A stretch of 64,000 bases of DNA. It comes from an uncultured delta proteobacterium. GTDB lineage: Bacteria > Desulfobacterota > BSN033 > UBA1163. This document shows positions 38,401 through 47,803 of this stretch, piece by piece. The first letter of the stretch is position 1. Each line of letters begins with the position of its first letter. The stretch covers positions 64,001 to 128,000 of the forward strand of contig CAVPSJ010000012.1 in assembly GCA_963708295.1 (NCBI GenBank), read 5' to 3'. Under the pieces are notes generated by a model, which did no database searches, was not told the DNA's origin, and saw only the letters and a program-made list of their open reading frames with translations. The translations under genes were made by a program, and so were the position numbers.

Positions 38401-39558
38401 CTACTCCCTCCTGAAGATGTGGACGGCGACGACCTGTCCGGTCCCGCCGACGTTGTGGCTAAGTCCCATCGCTGCACCCTTCACCTGTCTTTCGCCTGCC
38501 TCCCCTCTTAACTGCTTCGTCATCTCGACGGCCATGGAGACCCCCGTGGCCCCGAGGGGATGGCCTTTTGATTTCAGTCCCCCGTCCACGTTGACCGGGA
38601 TCTTCCCCCCCACATAGGTCTCCTTTGCCTGGATTAATTTTCCCCCTTCTCCTTTTTCGCAGAAACCCAGGTCCTCATAAGCCACGATCTCCGCGATGGT
38701 AAAACAGTCATGGACCGTCGCGACATCGATATCGGACGGCCCGATCCCCGCCATCTTGTAGGCCCCCTTCGCGGCTTCACGGGCTGAAAGGATCGAGGTT
38801 AAGCTCTTTCGGTCGCCGATCCTCATCGTATCCGTGGCGAGCCCCAATCCTGCGATCCAGACCGGTTTTTTGGATACGGCCTTTGCTTTTTCTTCGGAGG
38901 CAAGAAGCACGGCGGCAGCCCCATCCGTAATGAGGCTGCAATCGAAAAGCTTCAACGGGTGAGCCACCGTAAAGGAGGTTAAAGCTTTGTCCAGAGTAAT
39001 GGGTTTCTGCATATGGGCGTACGGGTTGAGGCTTCCATAGTAATGATTCTTCACCGCCACCCCCGCCAGCTGCTCCTCGGTGGTGCCAAACTCAGCCATG
39101 TGGGCATTGGCAATCATCGCATAGTAGCCGGGGAAGGTCGTCCCAAAAGGATATTCCCAGGTCGCATCCCCCCCTCTTCCCATGATGTCCGTCGCCATGC
39201 TGGTCGGCACTTCGGTCATCTTCTCCACGCCAACGACCAGAACGAAATCGGCGAGGCCCGATGCCACATTCATCCACCCCGTTCTCACCGCCATGCTTCC
39301 CGTGGCGCAGGCTCCTTCCACACGGAAATTGGGTTTCGGATGAAACCCGATATAGTCATGAACCTGGGCGGAAGGCTGGAGGGCGATGGAGAATTCATCT
39401 CCCGCAATTCCTGTCACCATACTCTCCACTTCTTTGAGCGAGACCCCCGCATCATCGAGACAGGCTTTCACCGCTTCAAAGGCAAGTTCCCGCAATGAAG
39501 CATCCGATCGGATCCCAAATTTTCCATGACCAATTCCGACGATTCCCACCTTTCTCAT
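38401..39558 (-). CDS. SCP2/archaeal-type thiolase
   Basis: VEGACATG, VGVEKM, HDCFT, VN.DGGL.SKGHPLGATG, HNVGG. Confidence 0.93.
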   Translation of the reverse strand: MRKVGIVGIGHGKFGIRSDASLRELAFEAVKACLDDAGVSLKEVESMVTGIAGDEFSIALQPSAQVHDYIGFHPKPNFRVEGACATGSMAVRTGWMNVASGLADFVLVVGVEKMTEVPTSMATDIMGRGGDATWEYPFGTTFPGYYAMIANAHMAEFGTTEEQLAGVAVKNHYYGSLNPYAHMQKPITLDKALTSFTVAHPLKLFDCSLITDGAAAVLLASEEKAKAVSKKPVWIAGLGLATDTMRIGDRKSLTSILSAREAAKGAYKMAGIGPSDIDVATVHDCFTIAEIVAYEDLGFCEKGEGGKLIQAKETYVGGKIPVNVDGGLKSKGHPLGATGVSMAVEMTKQLRGEAGERQVKGAAMGLSHNVGGTGQVVAVHIFRRE

Positions 39559-39567
39559 ATCCCTCTC

Positions 39568-40722
39568 CTATCCTTTCTTTCCGATCACCACACCGGCGAT
39601 GGTATTTTTCTGAATTTCTCGCGTCCCTTCGTAAATCTCAGTGATTCTGGCATCCCGATAGTATCGCTCCACTTCATACTCCAACATATAGCCGTATCCA
39701 CCGTGAATCTGAACGGCCTCTTGAGCCACTTCCACCGCCACCCTTCCTGCCATCATCTTCGCCATGGAGGTCCATTTCGGTTCAATCCTTCCCTCGTCAA
39801 AATTCCAGCCGGCTTTGTAAACCAGACACCTGGCCGCTTCAATCTGAGTCGCCATGTCCGCCAGCTTGTGCTGTGTCACCTGGAAATCGACTAACCTCTG
39901 ACCAAACTGTTCCCTTTTCTTAGCATAATCGAGAGCGCGGTCGAAGGCTCCCTGGGCAATTCCCAGTGCCTGAGCTGCCACCATCACCCTGCTCTCATCA
40001 AAGAATTCGAGCACCTGATAAAACCCCTTGTGAAGATCTCCAACGAGATTCTCTGCGGGGACTCGAACTTGGTCAAACGACATTTCTGTCGTGGAGGTCA
40101 TTTTAATCCCCATCTTCTCTCCGAGCTCACTCACCTCGAACCCTTTGCTTCCCTTTTCAACAACCAAGGTGGACATCCCTCGATAACTCGGCTCGACCCC
40201 GGTGTCGCTCTGGCAGAGGACGATCACGAAATGGGCGATCGTCCCGTTGGAAATAAAGGTCTTCACTCCGTTGAGCAGATATCCGCCTCCGTCTTTCACT
40301 GCGGTGGTTCGAACCCGGGTAATATCGCTCCCATGATCCGGTTCGGTGAAACCGCCCGCAGAAATGGCCTCTCCCTGTGTGAGAGGGATCAAATACTTTT
40401 TCTTCTGAGCTTCGTTTCCAAATCTCAGAATGATCTCTGATGCAAAGTTGGCGATGCTCAGGCAGATTCCAACTCCCGAATCTCTCCTGCAGAAGGCTTC
40501 AACGATCAATGCGTTTTCAAGGATTCCATACCCCTGCCCGCCATATTCCTCTGGGTAATGAATCCCGATAAACCCGAGTTGACAGGCCTTTTTCAGGAAG
40601 GCCATAGGAAATTCATGGTTTCGCTCGAGGTTCAAAATGACCTCTTTGTCAAATTCTCCCCTGGCAAATCCGTCCGCGGCCTTCTGGATTTCTTTCTGCT
40701 CTTCGGTCAAATCGAAATTCAT
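39568..40722 (-). CDS. acyl-CoA dehydrogenase
   Basis: FTEPDHGSD, NG.KTFISNG, R.QFG, Q.HGGYGY..EY.VER.YRD, IYEGT. Confidence 0.95.
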   Translation of the reverse strand: MNFDLTEEQKEIQKAADGFARGEFDKEVILNLERNHEFPMAFLKKACQLGFIGIHYPEEYGGQGYGILENALIVEAFCRRDSGVGICLSIANFASEIILRFGNEAQKKKYLIPLTQGEAISAGGFTEPDHGSDITRVRTTAVKDGGGYLLNGVKTFISNGTIAHFVIVLCQSDTGVEPSYRGMSTLVVEKGSKGFEVSELGEKMGIKMTSTTEMSFDQVRVPAENLVGDLHKGFYQVLEFFDESRVMVAAQALGIAQGAFDRALDYAKKREQFGQRLVDFQVTQHKLADMATQIEAARCLVYKAGWNFDEGRIEPKWTSMAKMMAGRVAVEVAQEAVQIHGGYGYMLEYEVERYYRDARITEIYEGTREIQKNTIAGVVIGKKG

Positions 40723-40852
40723 GCCACTCTTCTCCTTCGGAAACGAGGGTCTGTCGTCGGGTTCTAATATCTCAAAAATTCTGGATGTTTGTCAACCCTT
40801 CAACTTGAGGCCTGCTCCCGACTTCGGTCGGGATGGCTTAAAGGATGGTTAT

Positions 40853-41620
40853 TCAGGATTGAGGATGGGCGGCGGACGGGTTCATTCGATAAGGTCCACG
40901 AAAAAACACTTTTCTTCTCTCAAAAGGGAATCTCAAAGAAATGAGCGTTTTCCCCTTCCTCTCGTCTGCTTCAAAATCCATTTTTCCCCAATGCTTCAGG
41001 ACGATTCTCTTTACCAGGAGCAGCATGAAATCCAGCATTTCACCCTTTTGTGGAATTGGGATTTGTACCCATGCCCCTTCGGGATGCCCCGCCACCTTCC
41101 GTTTGCCCGGGAAAATGACCGAAATCTCCACATATCCTCCATACCTTTCAAAAAACGGCTGAAACTCCGATCCCTCCCTCTGAAAAACGGAGGATGTCGT
41201 CCAAAATTCAATGCTCCCATCGGGCGGTGTTGACAGGATGACATACTGGAGGATGGAATTCAGAATATATTTCAAAGGCTCATCAGGAACGGTGATTTCT
41301 GGCAGACCTTCTTCAAGTCTCTTGAAGAGGTGTACTCTTTTCTCTTCCAGTTCAGCTTTGTTTTTCTTCAGCACCTCTTCGATAAGAGCATGGACGGTGT
41401 TCGCTCTCTTGATCGCCGCGGTGACCTGGAAATAATTAAGAAGGCTGCTCAGGAAAAAATCGGTCTGAGTGATCTCCTGGGTCATCATCCGGTAAAAAAA
41501 CTGACCGGCTTCCTTTTCTCTGAATCTGCCCTGAGAAGACTCCGTGAGGTTTCTAACCGATTCCAGAACCTTTTTGATGTAATGAATCGACCCGGCCCAT
41601 AAGGCATGTTCCTCTAGAGA
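40853..41620 (-). CDS. degenerate histidine-kinase-like (HisKA/HATPase) protein or remnant; start unclear
   Basis: SIHYIKK (H-box-like), LPEI.V..E.L..IL..IL (N-box-like), LL.VKRIV.KH.G.M.F....KG.T...L.FP; G1/G2 glycines lost. Confidence 0.55.
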   Translation of the reverse strand, partial: SLEEHALWAGSIHYIKKVLESVRNLTESSQGRFREKEAGQFFYRMMTQEITQTDFFLSSLLNYFQVTAAIKRANTVHALIEEVLKKNKAELEEKRVHLFKRLEEGLPEITVPDEPLKYILNSILQYVILSTPPDGSIEFWTTSSVFQREGSEFQPFFERYGGYVEISVIFPGKRKVAGHPEGAWVQIPIPQKGEMLDFMLLLVKRIVLKHWGKMDFEADERKGKTLISLRFPFERRKVFFRGPYRMNPSAAHPQS

Positions 41621-41946
41621 CTCTCGAGCCCTCCCGCCGACGGAGGCGGCGGAGCGAGGAATTTGAACGGGCCAGAAGATAAAAAAGGGTCGCTTTGATT
41701 TCCCACCTCGTCCTTGGAAGCAATCCCAACATAATAAGTTCCTGGTTCGGAGGGGAACTCCGGCCACTCGTCAGGGATGACTATTTCGGTCTTCCCGGTA
41801 ACGGGTTTGGAGATGATCCCGGGAGTCGTCTCCCACGAAAAGCGATTGGGATCAAAACTCCCCCCGTCTTTGCCGACATAGATCATGTAGCTCGTTGCTT
41901 CGGGAACGGGTTCCCACCAAATTCGCCGCTTACGGACAAAACCCAT
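41614..41946 (-). CDS. small fibronectin-III-like beta-sandwich protein
   Basis: W.PVPEA.SY.IYV...GTYY.GI.S.D..GN.SD. Confidence 0.6.
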   Translation of the reverse strand: MGFVRKRRIWWEPVPEATSYMIYVGKDGGSFDPNRFSWETTPGIISKPVTGKTEIVIPDEWPEFPSEPGTYYVGIASKDEVGNQSDPFLSSGPFKFLAPPPPSAGGLESL

Positions 41947-42177
41947 CACGATTCCTCCTCTCTCATCATTTACCAGCGACTTCATCCGGTCCTTCTTATT
42001 CTCAAGCTACAATGATTTGAAAGGCAAATCAAGCGAAATCTCCATGCAGAGCCGATCAGAAGCCCTGTGAAAATCTACTCCGGACCGGGCGAGGAAAAGC
42101 CGGGGGCAAAAGGCGTCGTAGCGGTTGACTTCCTTGAAAAGGTCTGCTACAACAATTGAGGCTTTCTTAAAGCCTAT

Positions 42178-42335
42178 TGAAGCTCCCCGCCTAAAGGGCG
42201 GGGCCGTTCGACAGAACTCACGGCTCTGAGCTTGTCGAAGAGCCTCCCGGGCACGCAGTGGCGAGCAGGATGCGAGCAAAGGAAGTTTCGCTCATCCTGT
42301 GCCCCTTACCCCCGCGGGGCATGTTCCGGTCAAAA
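42178..42335 (+). repeat. family C mini-element with nested insert
   Basis: GAAGCTCCCCGCC..GGGCGGGGC[CGTTCGACAGAACTCACGGCTCTGAGCTTGTCGAAGAG]..GGAAGTTTCGCTCATCCTGTGCCCCTTA..CCGGTCA. Confidence 0.75.
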
Positions 42336-42427
42336 GCCTGCGGGGGGGGAGGTATGTTTTTTGGATTTGCCTTTCCGGAAGAATACAGTCAGGAAAGATT
42401 GGGCTCAGGCAAACGGAAGGGCAGGAC

Positions 42428-43066
42428 ATGGAATTAATGAAGGGTCTTATTGACATTTTATTGCATCTCGATACGCATCTCGATTGGGTGATTCGGAGTT
42501 ACGGCTTTTGGACCTATGGTATCCTTTTCTTGATCATTTTCTTGGAAACGGGATTAGTCGTCACCCCTTTCCTCCCGGGAGATTCTTTGCTTTTTGCCGG
42601 CGGAACTTTCGCCGCCCTTGGCTCATTGGATGTAAAGTGGCTCATTATTCTTCTCACGATTGCCGCCATTGCCGGGGATACGGTGAATTACTGGATCGGT
42701 CACGCAGCGGGACCGAGGGTTTTTCACGGAGAGAAATCACGCTTTTTTAATAAGGAATACCTTCGCCGCACTCACGAATTCTATGAAAAATATGGTGGAA
42801 AAACAATTATTATTGCTCGATTTATCCCGATCATCCGTACTTTCGCACCCTTCGTAGCCGGTATCGGGAGTATGACCTATGGACACTTCATCACTTACAA
42901 TATTACAGGTGGGATTGCTTGGGTCGTGATTCTCGTTTTCGGAGGCTATTTCTTCGGCACCATTCCTCTGATTAAGAATAACTTTTCATTGGCTATCGTT
43001 GCGATTATTTTCCTTTCGATTTTGCCCGGAATCATTGAATTCCTGCGTCACCGAAAAGGCTCCTGA
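42428..43066 (+). CDS. dedA: DedA-family membrane protein
   Basis: F.ETGL...PFLPGDSLLF..G, GD.VNY.IG, ARFIP.IRTFAP..AG. Confidence 0.95.
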   Translation: MELMKGLIDILLHLDTHLDWVIRSYGFWTYGILFLIIFLETGLVVTPFLPGDSLLFAGGTFAALGSLDVKWLIILLTIAAIAGDTVNYWIGHAAGPRVFHGEKSRFFNKEYLRRTHEFYEKYGGKTIIIARFIPIIRTFAPFVAGIGSMTYGHFITYNITGGIAWVVILVFGGYFFGTIPLIKNNFSLAIVAIIFLSILPGIIEFLRHRKGS

Positions 43067-43249
43067 GGAAATGGAGGAAAATGTTTACATTTATACATTG
43101 TTTCAATAAGTGATGTGTGCCTCCTTTTTAGGCGAAATGGTGAAGAGGGCTTCCTGCAAGAGGAAGAAGGGTTGATTCCACAACAATTCAACATTTTCTT
43201 GTGGATTTGGTTTTAGGCCCCTGAAAAAATTTAGACCGGGAGAAATTCA

Positions 43250-43636
43250 ATGGGAGCAGAAGAGAAAAAAGTAAAACCCCGTTATGGAACTGTGAATTTT
43301 GAAAAGAGAAAGCATCCCAGATTCAGTGTTGACCTGCCTGTAGAGTATAGTCGAACCGACCTGGCCGTCGAACAGGGCCGTGCCATGAACGCCAGCCAAG
43401 GGGGATTGCTTCTCTATCTTCCGGAGCGGATGGGGATGGGGCACCACCTGACATTGAAGCTCTTTTTCACGATGGGTTCTGAGTTGAATACGATTGAGAC
43501 GGTCGTTGAAGTGGTCTGGGTAGATATCCACCTCGATAAGGAACGGGGAGATTATCGAACGGGAGTGAGGTTCGTTCAAATTTCCGAGGAGGATGTGAAC
43601 AGGCTCCAGGAGTTCTTGAAGAGTCTCTCGGCGTAA
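43250..43636 (+). CDS. PilZ-domain protein
   Basis: EKRKHPRF, NASQGG, VVW, G.RF. Confidence 0.9.
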   Translation: MGAEEKKVKPRYGTVNFEKRKHPRFSVDLPVEYSRTDLAVEQGRAMNASQGGLLLYLPERMGMGHHLTLKLFFTMGSELNTIETVVEVVWVDIHLDKERGDYRTGVRFVQISEEDVNRLQEFLKSLSA

Positions 43637-44043
43637 TTGCCATCGCCACCTCGGGTGGTCAGATCCGAGAGGGTCTCCACAACTTGTCCGGGCGATACCC
43701 CCAAGAACAAAAGATAGGATCATGTGGCTCTTATTCTAAACCTACTACCTCCAAGCTCTCTCTCAGTCGAAAGGCAATTTTTTCAAATACCGCTCATCGA
43801 TTGAGGGCAGAGATTGTTGTTAGCACCCTGCTCGATTCGGATAACCTCCCCGACCAAATACAGCACCCCGGATTTAAAAATACAGTCTCGCACCCATACG
43901 TTTTCCAAGACGTTATGTTAGAATAAGTTTTAAGATTGCGATCGGGGGCATTCCAGGCTGCCCAACCTTTGGAGAATGTCTCGATCGACTCGAACCCAAT
44001 GTTATCCCGGATGACATTTTCTTCAACGAGGTGAGGCTGATTC

Positions 44044-45460
44044 ATGGTACTTCCAAAGAAGCTCCCTATAAATAACCCGGACAGTGCCTCGGAAAGCGAT
44101 TTTGTGCCAAAGCTGATTGTCGGAAAATCACCGGCTGCCGCCGAACCGCTTCCCAAAATTCCAGATTGGATCTTCAAGGGAATCATTATCTTCATCCTTG
44201 CAACGGTTGTCTACTTTACCTTTGCAGGCCGTCTCTTCCAGCCCTTATTCCAGGCGGCCAAGGCGGCTCATTGGTCTAAGTTCAGTTGTCCGCCCAAGCC
44301 TGTTGTGGGGGATGATGGGGATTGTCCTTCTTACTCTTCCGCACCATCGCCTGGTTTCTCTACCGGCCCGTTCCCTTCCGTCGAGATGGCCGATTCGCCC
44401 TCACTGACGGTCATTATCCCGGCTTACAATGAAGGGTCGATGGTAAGAAAATCGATTGATTCGGTGGCGGCAGCCCTTCTATCCACACGATCGTTTGGAG
44501 ATCTTTGTTGTGGATGATGGGAGCAAGGACGACACGTGGCTCCATATCCAGGCTGCAGCCAAGAACCATCCTCGATCTCGTGACGCCTCTTAGATTTTCG
44601 GAGAACCGGGGAAAGCGTGCGGCACTCGAGGCGGGATTTCCGACGGGCACGCGGTGAAATCGTCGTGACCATTGATTCTGACAGCGTGATCGACCGGGAT
44701 ACTCTTGCTGGCCATGACCGGGCCTTTCCGTGATCCCAAGGTGGGTGCGGTCGCAGGGAAAGGTCGTTGTCTATAACGAAGCCAAGGCGTCATTCCAAGG
44801 ATGCTTCAGGTGAGATATGTCTTGTCGTTCGACTTTCTGCGTGCCGTCCAGTCATCCTACGGAACCGTCTACTGCTGCCCAGGTGCTCTCGCGGGATACC
44901 GTCAATCGGTGGTGCGTGAAGTGTTAGACCAGTGGATGGGACAGACATTTCTGGGCAGGCCAGTGCACCTACGGCGAGGATCGTGCATTGACAAACTATC
45001 ATTCTGGACCGGGGATACAATACCGTTTACCAGCGTTCTGCTGTCGTGCGTACGATTGTTCCGTGGACATACAGGAAATTGTGCAAAATGTATCTCCGTT
45101 GGGACAGGAGTTACGTCCGCGAGGAAATCCGATTAACGCGGATCATTTGGAAGAGACCGCCCAAGGCTCTCGCGATCGCACTCCTGGATAAATTCGTAAC
45201 GAATCTTCGATACCCCATTGGGTACGTGAGCCTTAGGTCTGCTCGTGATCCTGTCGTTTCATGATCCGATGACGATCGTGCGGTTTCTCTTTGCGATGGG
45301 AATGATGTCATTCCTGAATATGTTTTACTATCTCCTGCGAGAAAAGTCCTGGGACTTTCTCTATGGCATTTTCTATTCCTATTTTTCTTTCTTTACCTTA
45401 CTCTGGATATTTCCTTACGCCGTCCTCACGGTGCGGTCGAAATCGTGGATGACCCGATAA
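44044..45460 (+). pseudogene. hyaluronan synthase/NodC-like processive GT2 (multiple frameshifts; real or assembly artefact)
   Basis: Pieces across frames: VIIPAYNEG, VVDDGSKDDT, NRGKRAAL, VTIDSDS, CCPGALAGYR, YGEDRALTN, YLRWDRS, W.TR C-terminus. Confidence 0.8.
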
Positions 45461-45605
45461 GAAACGCATAGGAAGCTCTTCTGAGTCATGTGAATCGCAA
45501 AAACATAGACGGAGTGAGGCCATTCTCTTGGGACTGGGGGGCGTTTTACGCCTGCAAAAGATGCTTCCGGGGGAGACTTATTCGGGCGTCGCCTTCACCG
45601 GTTTA

Positions 45606-46671
45606 CTAGGGTGCTACCTTGTTGAGTTTCTCGAACAGGCTACGATAACAATGAATCATGACTCCGCCAATGGCCGGGTCTCGTTCTTGCTGCCTCCATC
45701 AACTCGAGGAACAACCTTCCAAAACTCTTCATTAGGTAATCCCCAAAAGCTGACGTGCGGATCCTGCTTCAGTTTAACCGTCTCAAGGGACGGGAAAATG
45801 ACCTTGCTTTATCCGCTGTGCATACTTCCGTTCATCTTCCACGCAGTCTAAGACCTTCGTGCGATGAACGCCGATATGACATAATGGTGATGAAGTCCGT
45901 CAGATCCTGTACGTGCTCGTTGAACCGTTTTCTCTTTCCCTCGAACTCCAGAGCAAACTCTGTCTTTGTCCCACCAAAATGGCGTAGTCCGCCGCGAGCC
46001 AGAGATCGGGGTGCTTCTTTCTCCAAAACGGATCGTGCCTTGCGGAGGAAGAGTAAGGTAGTCATGCATCATCGGGTAAAGAGGCGTCCCTCCAGCCTTC
46101 CATTCTTTGTGCAATAGGGTTCAACATCGTACTTTATTCCTTTGAACAAAGTGTCTCGGGGCAGTGTTTCGCTAAAAGCGACGATGGCCCGCAATTCTCG
46201 CAGCGTCCGCTCATGGTTCTCGGAGAAGAACATCTTCGGATTGCCACGAAGGGCGGCTGTCGTGATGTTGTGTTGCCCGGCCAACGAGAATGAGGTCCTT
46301 GAAGAGCTTCTGCATCTTTCAGGATCGGCTCGCTGCTGTCGTGGGACATTTTCATGTGGACATCGAGATGACGTGATACGATGCTTTACGCAAAAATCAA
46401 CGAGTTGTTGCCTCGCCTCCTGTGTTAAGTAAGATGAATTTGACCATACCCACATCCCGAGACCCTTTGTCTGTTCAGCATTTGAAGATATCGGCGTTGC
46501 CAGGATTGCGACAAACAAGGATATTACGATTGTGAACTTACGGATACACGCTGTCCGTGCGAATCGGAAGTGAATCCCGCACGGGAACCGGCCGGCTCTT
46601 TCTCCCCAAATAGAAAGGCGACCAGGATCATCCCCATAAAGAAGTATCCGCACCCCCATCCTGTGGATCAC
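45606..46671 (-). pseudogene. secreted TIM-barrel/glycoside-hydrolase-like protein (frameshifted; start uncertain)
   Basis: Signal peptide, GMWVW, GIKYDVEPY, D.PFWWD, TD.ITIMSYR, spread over several frames. Confidence 0.55.
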
Positions 46672-46704
46672 GGCTTGGAATATAGATCATTTAGAAAAAA
46701 TAGT

Positions 46705-46787
46705 CAACTCTTTGACTTCCCGGCCTGAAGGCTCGGGTTGCTCAGGGTAGGCGCTGAGCGGTGCCAGGTGCCTCCGAACGGGTCACC
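46705..46787 (+). repeat. family B mini-element (short form)
   Basis: CAACTCTTTGACTTCCCGG..GCTCAGGGTAGGCGCTGAGC..CCGAACGGGTCA. Confidence 0.65.
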
Positions 46788-46862
46788 GGAAATTTTCAGC
46801 AGCTTTCAGAAGGAAGCAGTCCACACCGACGTGCAGCGACTGCAGTCTCCCGGCCCCATCGA

Positions 46863-47717
46863 TTAATACAAAATCCCCGCATATCCCACAAAACTGTCAT
46901 CCGGCATAATATCGTAACTCGTGTAGTAGTCGAGAAGGACTCCCTGATCCGACCCAAGGGCCTTGCAGGTGGCTATGGCAGAAATGGCTGCCCCCGCGCT
47001 GCAGGCGCTACCATTTTCCAGGGCATGCTTCAGAAGGCCTTCTGCATCCATCTTCAAGGCTCGGTCAATAAATCCCTTGTCGTTTTCTTTCTTCACCCAC
47101 TCCACAGAGGGCCCTCCAACCCCCTTTCCCAAGAAACCGTAGTTGGGCCCGTAGTGAGTCAAATCCGTCGACCCAATGGCGAGGAGAGAGATTCCCTCCT
47201 TCTTTGCAACATCAGCAACCTCCTTCCCCAGGACCTCCGCTTTCAGGGAAAGGGGGGATCGGATCCCAACCACCTTCGCTTCCGGGAAAAAATATTTTAC
47301 CATCGCCAGGTGGATCTCGATCGTATTGTCCCCGCTGTTCGAACTCTCTTTACTCATATCGATACGCTTCATCAGGGTTCTCACAAAGTCTGCAGGAATC
47401 TCGACGTCCCCCAGAGGAGTCTCCCAGGCTTCTTCTGTCACGATCCGGGGAACATCCTGGGTGGAAAGGTGGCCCCCGTAAAGGACGACGACTTCCACGT
47501 TCCCTTTTGATGCCAAAGAAGAAAATACCCGGGCCGCAAGCTTTCCGGAAAAATACCAGCCCGCATGAGGAATCATACCGCCCCGGCCTATACTCGAAGA
47601 GAGCTCCGAAGGGGACCATCGCTCCAAATAAGACTCGATCTCCTGTTTACAATCTTTCCCGTCATACGGATACCAACCTCTGGGCAGGGTTCTTTTCCTT
47701 CGGTTCACAGCGTTCAT
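46863..47717 (-). CDS. amrB: AmmeMemoRadiSam system protein B (MEMO1 family)
   Basis: GWYP, PHAGWYFSG, WETPLG, STDLTHYG, CSAG, FVGYAG. Confidence 0.9.
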   Translation of the reverse strand: MNAVNRRKRTLPRGWYPYDGKDCKQEIESYLERWSPSELSSSIGRGGMIPHAGWYFSGKLAARVFSSLASKGNVEVVVLYGGHLSTQDVPRIVTEEAWETPLGDVEIPADFVRTLMKRIDMSKESSNSGDNTIEIHLAMVKYFFPEAKVVGIRSPLSLKAEVLGKEVADVAKKEGISLLAIGSTDLTHYGPNYGFLGKGVGGPSVEWVKKENDKGFIDRALKMDAEGLLKHALENGSACSAGAAISAIATCKALGSDQGVLLDYYTSYDIMPDDSFVGYAGILY

Positions 47718-47725
47718 CCTCCACT

Positions 47726-47795
47726 TCGTTCGGAGTATTGAGTTCGGTGTTCGGAGCACTCTTCTTGAAACTCCGAACTTCGGGCTCCGAACTCA
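47726..47795. repeat. heptamer-periodic inverted repeat
   Basis: TTCGGAG TATTGAG TTCGGTG TTCGGAG .. CTCCGAA CTTCGGG CTCCGAA. Confidence 0.7.
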
Positions 47796-47803
47796 TCACT
47801 TGT

